Shown: positions 7,809 to 17,136, numbered from the stretch's first letter. The stretch: 32,000 nucleotides of DNA from Dubosiella newyorkensis (GCF_001945605.1 NZ_MPKA01000056.1:1-32000), one strand, 5' to 3'. Notes: generated from the sequence alone by a model not told the origin. Program-made: numbers and translations.

Positions 7809-9233
7809 ATGAAACACAAACGCTTAAAACCTTTCCCAAAAGACTTTCTTTGGGGCGCAAGCTCTTCAGCCTATCAAGTCGAAGGAGCTAGCCTAGAAGA
7901 CGGTAAAGGCCCATCCTGCCAAGACGTTAAAGAAATTCCAGAAGGAACTTCCGATTTAAAAGTGTGCGCAGACCAATATCATCGTTATAAAGAAGATATT
8001 GCCCTCATGGCCGAAATGGGCTTCAAATCATACCGCTTCTCGATCGCATGGACACGCATCTTGCCGAAAGGAACTGGCGAAGTCAATCCAAAAGGAATTG
8101 AGTACTATAATAATTTGATCAATGAATGCTTAAAATATGGAATCGAACCGATCATCACGATGTTCCACTTTGATATGCCAGCCACCCTTGATGAACGCGG
8201 AAGCTGGGGTAATCCTGACTCTGTGCAATGGTTCGTAGATTTTGCACGTATTCTCTATGAAAATTACGGTGATCGAGTTAAATATTGGTTAACGATCAAC
8301 GAACAAAACGTATTGACACTTTCTGGTCCAGTGATCGGAACCCTCCATCTGCCTGAAAACTGCACGAACGTTTTAAAAGAGATCTACCAACAAAACCACC
8401 ATATGCTCGTTGCTCAAGCCAAAGCCATGGTACTATGCCATGAAATGCTTCCAAACGCTAAAATCGGTCCAGCGCCAAACATTTCCCTCGTTTACCCAGC
8501 CACTTGTAAGCCAGAAGATGTCATAGCCGCCCAAAACTTCAACGCGATCCGAAACTGGCTCTACTTGGACATGGCCGTATATGGAATTTACAATGCGATC
8601 GTTTGGTCTTGGCTTGAAGAAAACGACGCGACACCAACATTTGTGCCAGGCGATAAAGAAGCCATGAAAAACGCGCATCCAGATTTTATCGGATTCAATT
8701 ACTACAACACCGCTACTGTAGCGGCCAGCGACTTAGACGCGGCTGAAGAAACAGCTCTAATGGGCGACCAACAATCTGGAAGAGAAATGGCTGGAATCTT
8801 TAAACAAGTCGACAATCCAAACTTACCAAAAACTGAATTTGGCTGGGAAATCGATCCAGTTGGCTTCCGCGCCACAACGCGCGAAATGTATTCTCGCTAC
8901 CACTTGCCTCTTCTTGTCACTGAAAATGGCTTAGGCGCTTACGATACATTGACAGAAGATGGAAAAGTGCATGACGCCTATCGTATCCACTACTATCAAG
9001 ATCACATCCGCCAGATCCAAGAAAGTATTAGCGATGGTACAGAATTTTTAGGATATAATCCATGGAGCGCGATCGATTTGATCTCTACCCACGAAGGAAT
9101 GGTAAAACGCTATGGATTTATTTATGTCGACCGCGATGAATTCGACCTTAAAACACTCGACCGTTTCCGCAAAGATTCTTTCTACTGGTATAAAAAGGTA
9201 ATCGCATCCAACGGCGAAGATCTAAGCGAATGA
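7809..9233 (+). CDS. Glycoside hydrolase family 1, 6-phospho-beta-glucosidase type
   Basis: 474 aa. Acid/base motif LTINEQN, nucleophile motif VTENGLG, and a C-terminal WSAIDLIS...KRYGFIYVD typical of phospho-beta-glycosidases. AAAGGAGAA RBS. Confidence 0.9.
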   Translation: MKHKRLKPFPKDFLWGASSSAYQVEGASLEDGKGPSCQDVKEIPEGTSDLKVCADQYHRYKEDIALMAEMGFKSYRFSIAWTRILPKGTGEVNPKGIEYYNNLINECLKYGIEPIITMFHFDMPATLDERGSWGNPDSVQWFVDFARILYENYGDRVKYWLTINEQNVLTLSGPVIGTLHLPENCTNVLKEIYQQNHHMLVAQAKAMVLCHEMLPNAKIGPAPNISLVYPATCKPEDVIAAQNFNAIRNWLYLDMAVYGIYNAIVWSWLEENDATPTFVPGDKEAMKNAHPDFIGFNYYNTATVAASDLDAAEETALMGDQQSGREMAGIFKQVDNPNLPKTEFGWEIDPVGFRATTREMYSRYHLPLLVTENGLGAYDTLTEDGKVHDAYRIHYYQDHIRQIQESISDGTEFLGYNPWSAIDLISTHEGMVKRYGFIYVDRDEFDLKTLDRFRKDSFYWYKKVIASNGEDLSE

Positions 9234-9248
9234 TCCAATTTGCAATAC

Positions 9249-9289
9249 AAGACGATCCATCTCTACGATGAGTCGTCTTCTTTTTTTTG
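9249..9289 (+). terminator. Intrinsic terminator after the GH1 gene
   Basis: AAGACGA..CATC-tctac-GATG..TCGTCTT hairpin followed by a run of eight T residues. Confidence 0.75.
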
Positions 9290-9334
9290 ATCAATCTATG
9301 TTATGATGGTCACAGAATCTTGAGGGGTATATTT

Positions 9335-10096
9335 ATGTTTGTTGAAGAAAGACATGCACTCATCTTAGATGAGCTCAATCGAAACGGTAAAGTTAGAGTC
9401 AAAGACTTAAGCGAAAAATTTTCCGTCACGGAAGATTTGATCCGAAAAGATCTCCATACGTTAGAAGAAGCAGGTAAATTAAAACGCAAATACGGGGGGG
9501 CTATCTTGATCAAACAAAACGTCCACCGAGAAGTTGCCGCCCAGCGTAAAAACGTAAACACCGAAGCAAAACGAAAAATCGCCAATATCGCCTATTCTTT
9601 GATCCAACCAGGCACGATCATATTTTTAGATATCTCAACCACCAATATTGAACTAGCGAAGATCCTCGCACAAAACAATTTACCTGTCACCGTCGTTTCC
9701 AATATGATCGAAGTCGTGCAGATTCTTTCCCATAGCGAGATCAATGTGATCATGATTGGCGGAGAATTCGACTACGGGCGCGATGGCTTTATCGGAACAA
9801 TGGCCTACAATATGGTCAAAAACTTTCGTTTCGATCAATCTTTTATCGGCGTCGTTGGAGTTGACCTTGACGAAAACGAAGTCACCACCTATATGGCAAA
9901 CGAAGGAATGTTAAAAACACTCGTTCTCGAAAATTCCAAACAAACCTATATGTTGTGCGAAAACGCGAAACTTAACCAACAAGGAAACTATAAATTCGCA
10001 AAAGTCAGCGATTTTACAGGTTGTATTCTCGAAGGCTCGATCTCCCAAGAACGGAAAAAACAATTCAAAGAAGAACAAGTCAATGTCCTCTATTAA
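9335..10096 (+). CDS. DeoR-family transcriptional regulator (HTH plus DeoR C-terminal sugar-sensor domain)
   Basis: The N-terminus MFVEERHALILDELNRNGKVRVKDLSEKFSVTEDLIRKDL is a DeoR HTH. GAGGGG RBS 7 nt upstream of ATG 9335. The track ORF starts 48 nt earlier at a non-ATG codon inside the terminator. Confidence 0.85.
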   Translation: MFVEERHALILDELNRNGKVRVKDLSEKFSVTEDLIRKDLHTLEEAGKLKRKYGGAILIKQNVHREVAAQRKNVNTEAKRKIANIAYSLIQPGTIIFLDISTTNIELAKILAQNNLPVTVVSNMIEVVQILSHSEINVIMIGGEFDYGRDGFIGTMAYNMVKNFRFDQSFIGVVGVDLDENEVTTYMANEGMLKTLVLENSKQTYMLCENAKLNQQGNYKFAKVSDFTGCILEGSISQERKKQFKEEQVNVLY

Positions 10097-10131
10097 AAAA
10101 ACGGATTAGATAAAACCTAGTCCGTTTTTTA
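10095..10131. terminator. Bidirectional intrinsic terminator between the DeoR gene and the methyltransferase gene
   Basis: ACGGATTAG-ataaaac-CTAGTCCGT hairpin flanked by an A-run and a T-run. Overlaps the stop codon of the minus-strand gene. Confidence 0.7.
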
Positions 10132-11382
10132 GCGCTTCTTAAATTTAGTTTTTTTCGAAAATTTCGATGATTTGAAATTGGAACGCGTCTTAGGAACGGT
10201 ATGTTTGTTCTTGAACGGCGTTTGATTGCTGCGCATCTTTCTTTTCGTCAATAGAGCCACCGTTTCGATATGCTCTGTATAAGGGAACATATCAACAGGA
10301 TGGATCTCATCGGTATAGTATCCAAAACGCTTGAAGACGATCAAATCACGAGCTTGGGTCTTCGGATCGCAAGAAATGTACAAGATCCGATTCGGCTGTA
10401 AGAAGCAAGCCGACTCGATAAACGCCTTCGTCGTTCCCGCGCGAGGTGGATCTAAAATGATCGCCTCATACTTTTGATGAAATTTACGGGCTTCTCTCAT
10501 AAACATCGTAGAATCCATCGCTACAAACCGAATGTTCTTGATCCCATTTTGCTTCGCGTTCAAACGAGCATTTTGAATCGCTTCCTCATTCAGTTCCACG
10601 CCTGTTACTTCTCGACACGAGCTAGCTAGCGTGAGCCCGATCGTTCCTACTCCGCAATACGTATCGAGCACTTTATCTTGCGCCCTTAAATTCAGCAGCT
10701 TCTTTCCTAGTTCATATAATTCCTCGCATTGCTCTGAATGAATCTGATAAAAAGAGTTCGCCGTAAAGGAAATCTTCAACCCACATAAAATATCCGTGAT
10801 CATTCCTTTTCCATAGAGCACGATCGATTCATTTTGGATCACGACACTCGTGTTCCGCGTATTGATATTTTGAACGATCGTCACGATTTGAGGAAATTTT
10901 TCAACAAGCGCATTCACCAGATTTCTGCGAGAAGGAAATTGAACTTTCGAAGTCACAAAAACAACCATGACTTGATTGGTCGAATGAGCATAACGAATCA
11001 TCACATGTCTTAAAAGACCTGTCCCCGTCTTTTCGTTATACAACTCGATCTTCATCGAATCCACCAAATGCGTGATCTCATCGATGATCTCATTCACAAG
11101 CTTTGGCTGCATAAGACAGCCGCTTGTATTGATGACTCGATGTGAATGAGCGGCATACAGACCCGAATACACTTTTTTTTCTTTGTTCTTGGCAAAGCCT
11201 ACAATCACTTTATTTCGATAATACAAATCGTTTTTTGCCATAAGCACTGGCGCCACTTTTACTTGCAAGCCAGCCCTTTCCATGATGTTTTCAACATATT
11301 CTTGCTTTTGTTTGGCTTGCAACGCTTTCGAGCACTTCAAGTTGCTGCAGCCACCACAAAGCTTTTCTACTTTACATTTCAT
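10129..11382 (-). CDS. RumA/RlmD(TrmA)-family 23S rRNA (uracil-C5)-methyltransferase, no TRAM domain, Lys-rich C-terminal tail
   Basis: Cx5Cx2C Fe-S motif at the N-terminus (MKCKVEKLCGGC). SAM motif DTYCGVGTIGL, ILDPPRAG, and catalytic-Cys motif YISCDP. ATG 11382 is preceded by GAGGAG. The track ORF begins 78 nt upstream. Confidence 0.85.
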   Translation of the reverse strand: MKCKVEKLCGGCSNLKCSKALQAKQKQEYVENIMERAGLQVKVAPVLMAKNDLYYRNKVIVGFAKNKEKKVYSGLYAAHSHRVINTSGCLMQPKLVNEIIDEITHLVDSMKIELYNEKTGTGLLRHVMIRYAHSTNQVMVVFVTSKVQFPSRRNLVNALVEKFPQIVTIVQNINTRNTSVVIQNESIVLYGKGMITDILCGLKISFTANSFYQIHSEQCEELYELGKKLLNLRAQDKVLDTYCGVGTIGLTLASSCREVTGVELNEEAIQNARLNAKQNGIKNIRFVAMDSTMFMREARKFHQKYEAIILDPPRAGTTKAFIESACFLQPNRILYISCDPKTQARDLIVFKRFGYYTDEIHPVDMFPYTEHIETVALLTKRKMRSNQTPFKNKHTVPKTRSNFKSSKFSKKTKFKKR

Positions 11383-11443
11383 TTTATACTCCTCGATCTT
11401 TCTTCTAGTGTAGCATTTAATCCGAATGACTACACGTACAACG

Positions 11444-11476
11444 AAAAAAGAACGATTCAACCCGAATCGTTCTTTG
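11444..11476 (-). terminator. Intrinsic terminator after htpG
   Basis: The minus strand reads AGAACGATTC-gggtt-GAATCGTTCT followed by TTTTT. Confidence 0.8.
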
Positions 11477-11481
11477 TCAGA

Positions 11482-13401
11482 TCAATCGCTTAATAACGTA
11501 CAAACCAAACGAGAATACTCGATCGGATCTTGGATCGGGAAGCCTTCGATCAATAAAGCTTGATCATATAAAACTTTCGTGATCTCCTTTGCTTTTTCTG
11601 GATCCGATTCATAAGAATTTTGCAGCTTCGCAAAAATCCCGTTGTTCGGATTGATCTCTAATATCCGTGTCGCTTTCATCGGTGGCATTCCTGCATTTCC
11701 ATTTTGAGCCGACAAGGCAGCATAGACTTTTTCCATTTCAAAAGACATGCCATTGCCTGCGACCAATGTCACTGGATCATCCACAAGACGAGAAGATAAA
11801 CGCACGTCTTCAACCTCGCCCTTCAGTGTCTCTTTCATAAAATCAAGCAAAGATTGATTGGATTGCGTCTTTTCTTCAAGCTCCTTCTTCTCTTCTTCGC
11901 TATCAAGATCTAGATCGCCTTGAGAAGCGTTTTGGAATGAATGTTCACGATACTCCATTAATGTCTGTACGACAAATTCATCCACTTCCGCATTGAAAAG
12001 AAGCACTTCAAAGCCTTTTGACTCCAACTTTTTAACGATTGGAAGTTTCTCCATCAACTCTAGAGAAGAACCCGTGACATAATAGATCGGCTTTTGATCT
12101 TCCTTCATTCGATCCACATATTCAGAAAGTGTAGTCAGCTGTCCATCTTTCGTGCTGTTGAACAAAAGCAAATTCTCTAATTTATCCTTATCTTGCCCAA
12201 AATTGTTATAAACACCAAATTTCAGATCAAGACCAAAGTTCTTCCAGAACGTCTCATATTCTTTACGATCTTTGACAAGCATGCTCGATAATTCGTTGAG
12301 CACTTTCTTTTCGATCCGATTTCGAATGATCCTTAATTGATGATTTTGCTGAAGCATTTCACGCGAAATATTCAAAGATAGATCTTGCGAATCTACCAAG
12401 CCCTTGACGAATCGCAAATAATCGGGCAAAAGCTCTTCGCAATGATCCATAATGAACACGCCCCGAGAATACAATTGTAGACCTGGTTTATAATCTTGCG
12501 AGTAAAATCCCGTTGGAACATGACTAGGAATATAAAGAAGCGCTGTAAAACTGACATTTCCCTCAACATTGAAGAAGATCGTCTTCATTGGATCTGAATA
12601 ATCGTAAAAGTGTTCTTTATAGAATTGATCGAACTCTTCTTTCGTAATCTCCGATTTTGGACGCTTCCATAATGGAACCATAGAATTGAGCGTCTTGTTT
12701 TCTTTAACCGTTTCATATTCAGGAACTTCTTGATCCTTTGTGCTCTCGATCATCCGTTCCACTTCCACATCCATCTTGATCGGATAGCGGATAAAATCTG
12801 AATACTTTTTGACGAGATCGCTAATTTGATTCGAGTCTAGATATTGCGAATAGCGCTCCGTATCGTCATCTTCTTTCAAGCTCAAGATAACTGTCGTACC
12901 ATGCCCTTCTTTGATCGCTGGCTCGATCGTATATCCATTCGCGCCATCGCTTACCCATTCATAAGCTTCATCGCTTCCTGCTTTTTTCGAAATCACTTTG
13001 ACTTCTTTCGCAACCATGAATGCCGCATAGAAACCAACACCAAATTGGCCAATGATATCGACATCGCTCTCGCCTTTTTCTTTTTTCGCCAATTCCTCTT
13101 TAAAAGCTAAAGAACCACTTTTTGCGATCGTTCCTAAATTTTCTTCTAGCTCTTCTTTATCCATACCGATCCCATCGTCTTGGATCGTCAGCAGCCGATT
13201 TTCAACATCCAATTGAATATTGATCGCAAGATCTCCTGGATCTTGATGATTTTGCAACGCATAATAATAATATTTATCGATAGCGTCGGACGCGTTTGAA
13301 ATCAGTTCTCGCAAGAAGATCTCTTTATGCGTATAGATCGAATTGATCATAAGATCGAGCAGACGTTTCGACTCTGCCTTGAATTCCTTTTTTTCAGCCA
13401 T
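11482..13401 (-). CDS. htpG: Molecular chaperone HtpG (Hsp90 family)
   Basis: 639 aa. The N-terminus KAESKRLLDLMINSIYTHKEIFLRELISNASDAIDK and GQFGVGFYAAF are Hsp90 GHKL ATPase signatures. Confidence 0.95.
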   Translation of the reverse strand: MAEKKEFKAESKRLLDLMINSIYTHKEIFLRELISNASDAIDKYYYYALQNHQDPGDLAINIQLDVENRLLTIQDDGIGMDKEELEENLGTIAKSGSLAFKEELAKKEKGESDVDIIGQFGVGFYAAFMVAKEVKVISKKAGSDEAYEWVSDGANGYTIEPAIKEGHGTTVILSLKEDDDTERYSQYLDSNQISDLVKKYSDFIRYPIKMDVEVERMIESTKDQEVPEYETVKENKTLNSMVPLWKRPKSEITKEEFDQFYKEHFYDYSDPMKTIFFNVEGNVSFTALLYIPSHVPTGFYSQDYKPGLQLYSRGVFIMDHCEELLPDYLRFVKGLVDSQDLSLNISREMLQQNHQLRIIRNRIEKKVLNELSSMLVKDRKEYETFWKNFGLDLKFGVYNNFGQDKDKLENLLLFNSTKDGQLTTLSEYVDRMKEDQKPIYYVTGSSLELMEKLPIVKKLESKGFEVLLFNAEVDEFVVQTLMEYREHSFQNASQGDLDLDSEEEKKELEEKTQSNQSLLDFMKETLKGEVEDVRLSSRLVDDPVTLVAGNGMSFEMEKVYAALSAQNGNAGMPPMKATRILEINPNNGIFAKLQNSYESDPEKAKEITKVLYDQALLIEGFPIQDPIEYSRLVCTLLSD

Positions 13402-13414
13402 ACTTTCACTCCTT

Positions 13415-13441
13415 TTAGCACTCTTTTAGTAAGTATGCTAA
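13415..13441. promoter_or_regulatory. CIRCE-like HrcA operator in the htpG 5' region
   Basis: TTAGCACTC-N9-GTATGCTAA against the consensus TTAGCACTC-N9-GAGTGCTAA: the left half matches 9/9 and the right half 7/9. Located between the putative promoter and the RBS. Confidence 0.7.
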
Positions 13442-13442
13442 T

Positions 13443-13471
13443 ATGGTACACCCGAACGCGTACACTGTCAA
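13443..13471 (-). promoter_or_regulatory. Candidate htpG promoter
   Basis: The minus strand reads TTGACA (13471-13466), a 17-nt spacer, then TACCAT (13448-13443), immediately upstream of CIRCE. Confidence 0.45.
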
Positions 13472-13474
13472 AAA

Positions 13475-14068
13475 TTATGCTGAATAGCTTTTTTCTTTTA
13501 AGATCTCGGTGACAAATTCCCAATCCGCCTCGCTTTCCTCTTTTGTATGCTCTTTATACGCGCCAAGATATGGCGTAAAACCAAGACGAGAATACATAAA
13601 GATCGCTGCATAAGATTGAGATTGCGTTGCCAAGTACAATGGATAGCGGCTTGGGATCGAATCATAATGCACGCAAAGCTTTGAAAGCATGGCCCGCGCG
13701 ATTCCTTGATGCTGGGCTTGTTCCAAAACAGCGACATAGTGGACACGTAGTCGTTCTTCCTCAAAATGATGTCCTGGCCATAAGCCTGCGGATGCGACCA
13801 ACGTTCTTTCTTCATCGACTACAAATAAAAAGTTATCTTCAAAAAATGCGCGGTCCTCTTCCAAAAACCGAGAAAGACACCATTTTGCCTCCTCTAGCGA
13901 ATCAAACAAATTGCATGCGGTTTGTAATTGGCACCAAGGCTCAAACAAGGCATCCTCATAGGGAATATAAGAATACCCCTTTTTAAGAGGGATTTCTTTT
14001 TCTACTCTTCTTTTTGGGATAACCATCAATACATTTCGATACGGTATATCACGATCTAACACACTCAT
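13475..14068 (-). CDS. GNAT family N-acetyltransferase
   Basis: 197 aa. Acetyl-CoA-binding motif region VHYVAVLEQAQHQGIARAMLSKL (Q/RxxGxA). AGGAGGAG RBS. Confidence 0.75.
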   Translation of the reverse strand: MSVLDRDIPYRNVLMVIPKRRVEKEIPLKKGYSYIPYEDALFEPWCQLQTACNLFDSLEEAKWCLSRFLEEDRAFFEDNFLFVVDEERTLVASAGLWPGHHFEEERLRVHYVAVLEQAQHQGIARAMLSKLCVHYDSIPSRYPLYLATQSQSYAAIFMYSRLGFTPYLGAYKEHTKEESEADWEFVTEILKEKSYSA

Positions 14069-14176
14069 AGTGACTCCTCCTTGGATATTAGTATAACATA
14101 ATTAAGTAAATATTTTTTCAATTTGTTATATCAATATGATTTTGTATATGATATACTACTACCGGAGGGAAGAACA

Positions 14177-14869
14177 ATGAATCTGATTCAATTACCTAAA
14201 ACTGAAAAAGAACTTGCAAAATATTTTGACCACACTTGTTTGAAAGCCTATGCGACAAACAAAGACTTAGAAAAACTGTGTGAACAAGCCAAAACGATCG
14301 ACTGTGCGATGGTCGCCATCAATACCGTATGGACCAAACCATGCAAAGAATGGCTGAAAGACACCGATGTCCATGTAGGCGCTGCGATTTCCTTTCCTTT
14401 AGGCCAATCCGGCTTAGAAAGCAAGCTTTATGAATGCGAGCAAGCCATCAAAGATGGCAGCGACGAAATCGACTACGTGATCCATATTGGAAAAGCGAAG
14501 ATGCATGATTGGGAATATATCGAAAATGAAATGCGTCAAATGGTCGAACTCTGTCATAAATACAACGTCCCATGTAAAGTGATTTTCGAAAACTGCTATT
14601 TAGATAAAGAAGAAATCAAGAAACTATCTGAGATTGCCAAACAAGTACGCCCTGACTTCATTAAAACAAGCACTGGATTTGGAGAAAGCGGAGCGAAAGT
14701 AGAAGACGTCAAGCTCATGAAAGAAACAGTGGGAGACGATGTCAAAGTCAAGGCAGCCGGAGGGATCCGCGATTGGGAAACTTGCAAACAAATGATCCTT
14801 GCTGGCGCAAGCCGGATCGGAACAAGTTCGTCATTAAAGATCTTAGAAGAATTCAAAAAGGAGGCATAA
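14177..14869 (+). CDS. deoC: Deoxyribose-phosphate aldolase (DeoC/DERA family)
   Basis: [28 protein letters not shown], Schiff-base Lys motif [10 protein letters not shown] and KAAGGIR. GGAGGGA RBS before ATG 14177. The track ORF starts 54 nt earlier. Confidence 0.9.
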   Translation: MNLIQLPKTEKELAKYFDHTCLKAYATNKDLEKLCEQAKTIDCAMVAINTVWTKPCKEWLKDTDVHVGAAISFPLGQSGLESKLYECEQAIKDGSDEIDYVIHIGKAKMHDWEYIENEMRQMVELCHKYNVPCKVIFENCYLDKEEIKKLSEIAKQVRPDFIKTSTGFGESGAKVEDVKLMKETVGDDVKVKAAGGIRDWETCKQMILAGASRIGTSSSLKILEEFKKEA

Positions 14870-14871
14870 GA

Positions 14872-15798
14872 ATGAAACCTCTAGTGTTAGAGCCGATCCC
14901 AGATTATACGATTTGGGGCGGCGATACGATTTCCACCTTCAGAAACGCGGACAAAAACTATGGTACATGGTGGGAAGTGAGCGCCCATCCATATTGCACG
15001 AACAAGATCAAAGGAGAAGAAAAAACACTTCAGCAATATATCGATGAAGATCCTGAAAAAATGCTTGGAAAAGGTCTTGATCTCCACGAAATGCTCCGCG
15101 TCGCTTTTTTAGACGCTAAAGACCAGCTTAGCATTCAAGTCCATCCATACGATACCTACGCACAAGAGCACAACCATGATTATGGAAAAGACGAAAGCTG
15201 GTATATCATTCAAGCAAAACCCGGCGCCAAACTTGTCGCTGGCACAAAAACAAAGGATCCTGATCAGATCAAAAAGGCTCTCGAAGAACAAACGATCGAA
15301 GACCTTCTCAATTATGTAGAAGTCAAACAAGGCGATTACATCGATATTCCTTGCGGAATGCTCCACGCACTTGGCAGTGGTATCGTCGCCTTGGAAGTCG
15401 GAACAAATTCAAATACAACGTATCGTTTTTATGACTATCATCGAAAAGATAGTCAAGGAAAAGAAAGACCACTTCATCTCAAGGAATCGTTTGATGTCGC
15501 GGATTTCTCAAAAAAGCCAACATTTGTTCCAGCAAAGAAGGAAACTAGAAGAATTGGAGACACGACAAACTATACAGTGGATGAAGTTTTCGTGAAGGAA
15601 ACACCATTGAAGCTAGAAACCAACGGCCGCTATTTCTTGATTTCTAATCTGGGGGAAGAGACGATCCTCTATACAGACGGAAATGAGACAAGACTTGGAA
15701 AATGGGAATCCGCATTTATTCCTGCCGCCCTTTCTTGTGTTACAATAAATAAAAATGCTCACGTTCTTGTGAGCCGCACGAAAGGTAACAAAAAATGA
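14872..15798 (+). CDS. Class I phosphomannose-isomerase-like cupin (ManA/Pmi family)
   Basis: WGG near the N-terminus. Zn-ligand motifs SIQVHP, GKDESWYII and GMLHALG. Colinear by eye with Firmicutes Pmi. AAGGAGG RBS. The ATG lies 2 nt after the deoC stop. Confidence 0.8.
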   Translation: MKPLVLEPIPDYTIWGGDTISTFRNADKNYGTWWEVSAHPYCTNKIKGEEKTLQQYIDEDPEKMLGKGLDLHEMLRVAFLDAKDQLSIQVHPYDTYAQEHNHDYGKDESWYIIQAKPGAKLVAGTKTKDPDQIKKALEEQTIEDLLNYVEVKQGDYIDIPCGMLHALGSGIVALEVGTNSNTTYRFYDYHRKDSQGKERPLHLKESFDVADFSKKPTFVPAKKETRRIGDTTNYTVDEVFVKETPLKLETNGRYFLISNLGEETILYTDGNETRLGKWESAFIPAALSCVTINKNAHVLVSRTKGNKK

Positions 15799-16667
15799 AA
15801 ACAATTTTAATCACAGGAGCCAATGGATATCTCGCTTCTTATATTTATCTTTTGAACAAAGACAAATTTCATTGGATCCGTATGACCCGAAAGGACGCTG
15901 ATCTAAGCGATCCTGAAAGCGTAAAAAAATTTGTTGAATCCCAAGATTTTGATATTTGCTTCCATACGGCAGCTAATGCGACAACAGCTGTGTGTGAAGA
16001 AAATCCTGAACTCGCCCAAAAGATCAATGTTGAATCGACAAAAGCGATCGTAGATGTATGTAAAGAAAAAAACGCGAAATTGATCTTCTGCTCAACAGAA
16101 CAAGTTTTTAACGGCAAAGAAAACCACGGTCCTTTTTCCGAAGAGGAACAACCAAAAAGTGTGACTGTATATGGAAAAAACAAGATCGAGTGTGAAAACT
16201 ATATTTTAAACACGCTGGATGACGCGGTGATCTTGCGCTATTCATGGATGATGGGCCTCTCCTTTCCTGGAATCAAGGCTTCGCCAAACCTTGTCGCCAA
16301 TGTGATGAACGCGATTTTGCGCCAAACACCAACCTTGTTTACTGTCAACGAAAAACGATGCCTCACCTACGCTCGTCATTTGGCGGAGCAGTTCGCTTTG
16401 ATTTGCGAACTGCCTGGCGGCATCTATCACGTAGCAAGCCAAAACGATCGTTCAACCTACGAGAGTGCTCGTTTTATTGCTGAAACGATCGGCGCAAGCG
16501 CAGATGAAATCGAATCCTATATCGTGCCAAATTATGATCGTTATGCCGATCGGTTCCGCGACTATCGATTGAATGCGGATAAATTGAGCCAATACGGTAT
16601 CGTGTTCGGCACATTTGAAGAAGATGTGTTGCAGATCCTCACTGATTTTAATTGGAGAAAAAAATGA
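15795..16667 (+). CDS. NAD(P)-dependent SDR, RmlD (dTDP-4-dehydrorhamnose reductase)-like
   Basis: Rossmann motif ILITGANGYLASY and catalytic YGKNK (YxxxK) in an RmlD-like context. ATGA overlap with the upstream gene. Confidence 0.7.
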   Translation: MKTILITGANGYLASYIYLLNKDKFHWIRMTRKDADLSDPESVKKFVESQDFDICFHTAANATTAVCEENPELAQKINVESTKAIVDVCKEKNAKLIFCSTEQVFNGKENHGPFSEEEQPKSVTVYGKNKIECENYILNTLDDAVILRYSWMMGLSFPGIKASPNLVANVMNAILRQTPTLFTVNEKRCLTYARHLAEQFALICELPGGIYHVASQNDRSTYESARFIAETIGASADEIESYIVPNYDRYADRFRDYRLNADKLSQYGIVFGTFEEDVLQILTDFNWRKK

Positions 16668-17065
16668 CCTTAAGCGAATTAGCCGTACAAGAATATACAA
16701 ACGGTTTCAACTGTTCCGAATCGATCATCCGCGCTTCCAACGACTATTATGATTTAAATCTCCATGAAGAAGACATGAAAATGATGGCTGGTTTTGGTAG
16801 CGGGATGTATACAGGACTGACGTGTGGTGCTTTGAGCGCGAGCATCGCCGCTCTTTCTAAGAAGATCATCGAAACAAAAGCGCATGATCAATTGGATGAG
16901 ATCCGTCCTTTGTCACAGAAAGTCGTGGCCAGCTTCAACAAAAAATTAGGCCATACCCAATGCGCCCAAATCAAGCCAAAACATTATACGAAAGAACATA
17001 AATGCAAAGAAACAGTGCGTCTAGCGGCTCAATCTTTGGAAGAGGTTCTTTCCCAAGAACTCTAA
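16664..17065 (+). CDS. C_GCAxxG_C_C family putative redox protein
   Basis: Family pattern NCSESI ... LTCGALSAS ... HTQCAQI ... HKCKE. The ATG at 16664 overlaps the upstream stop (ATGA). The track start is 16652. Confidence 0.7.
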   Translation: MTLSELAVQEYTNGFNCSESIIRASNDYYDLNLHEEDMKMMAGFGSGMYTGLTCGALSASIAALSKKIIETKAHDQLDEIRPLSQKVVASFNKKLGHTQCAQIKPKHYTKEHKCKETVRLAAQSLEEVLSQEL

Positions 17066-17088
17066 GCGGAATCTTTCCGCTTTTTGTT
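17064..17088 (+). terminator. Intrinsic terminator ending the deoC operon
   Basis: GCGGA-atctt-TCCGC hairpin followed by TTTTTG. Overlaps the stop codon. Confidence 0.7.
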
Positions 17089-17115
17089 TGCAGAAAAAAC
17101 GGGCTGTGCTATACT
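17088..17115 (+). promoter_or_regulatory. Candidate promoter of the GT14-like gene
   Basis: TTGCAG, a 16-nt spacer, then TGcTATACT. Confidence 0.4.
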
Positions 17116-17136
17116 GACGTTTAACGAGGTAAAAAA

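Noticed and set aside
7676-7891. 71-aa plus-strand ORF spanning the GH1 promoter and start
   Set aside because: It overlaps the GH1 RBS and start out of frame, has no SD, and has a low-complexity Lys/Phe/Leu composition typical of AT-rich intergenic DNA.
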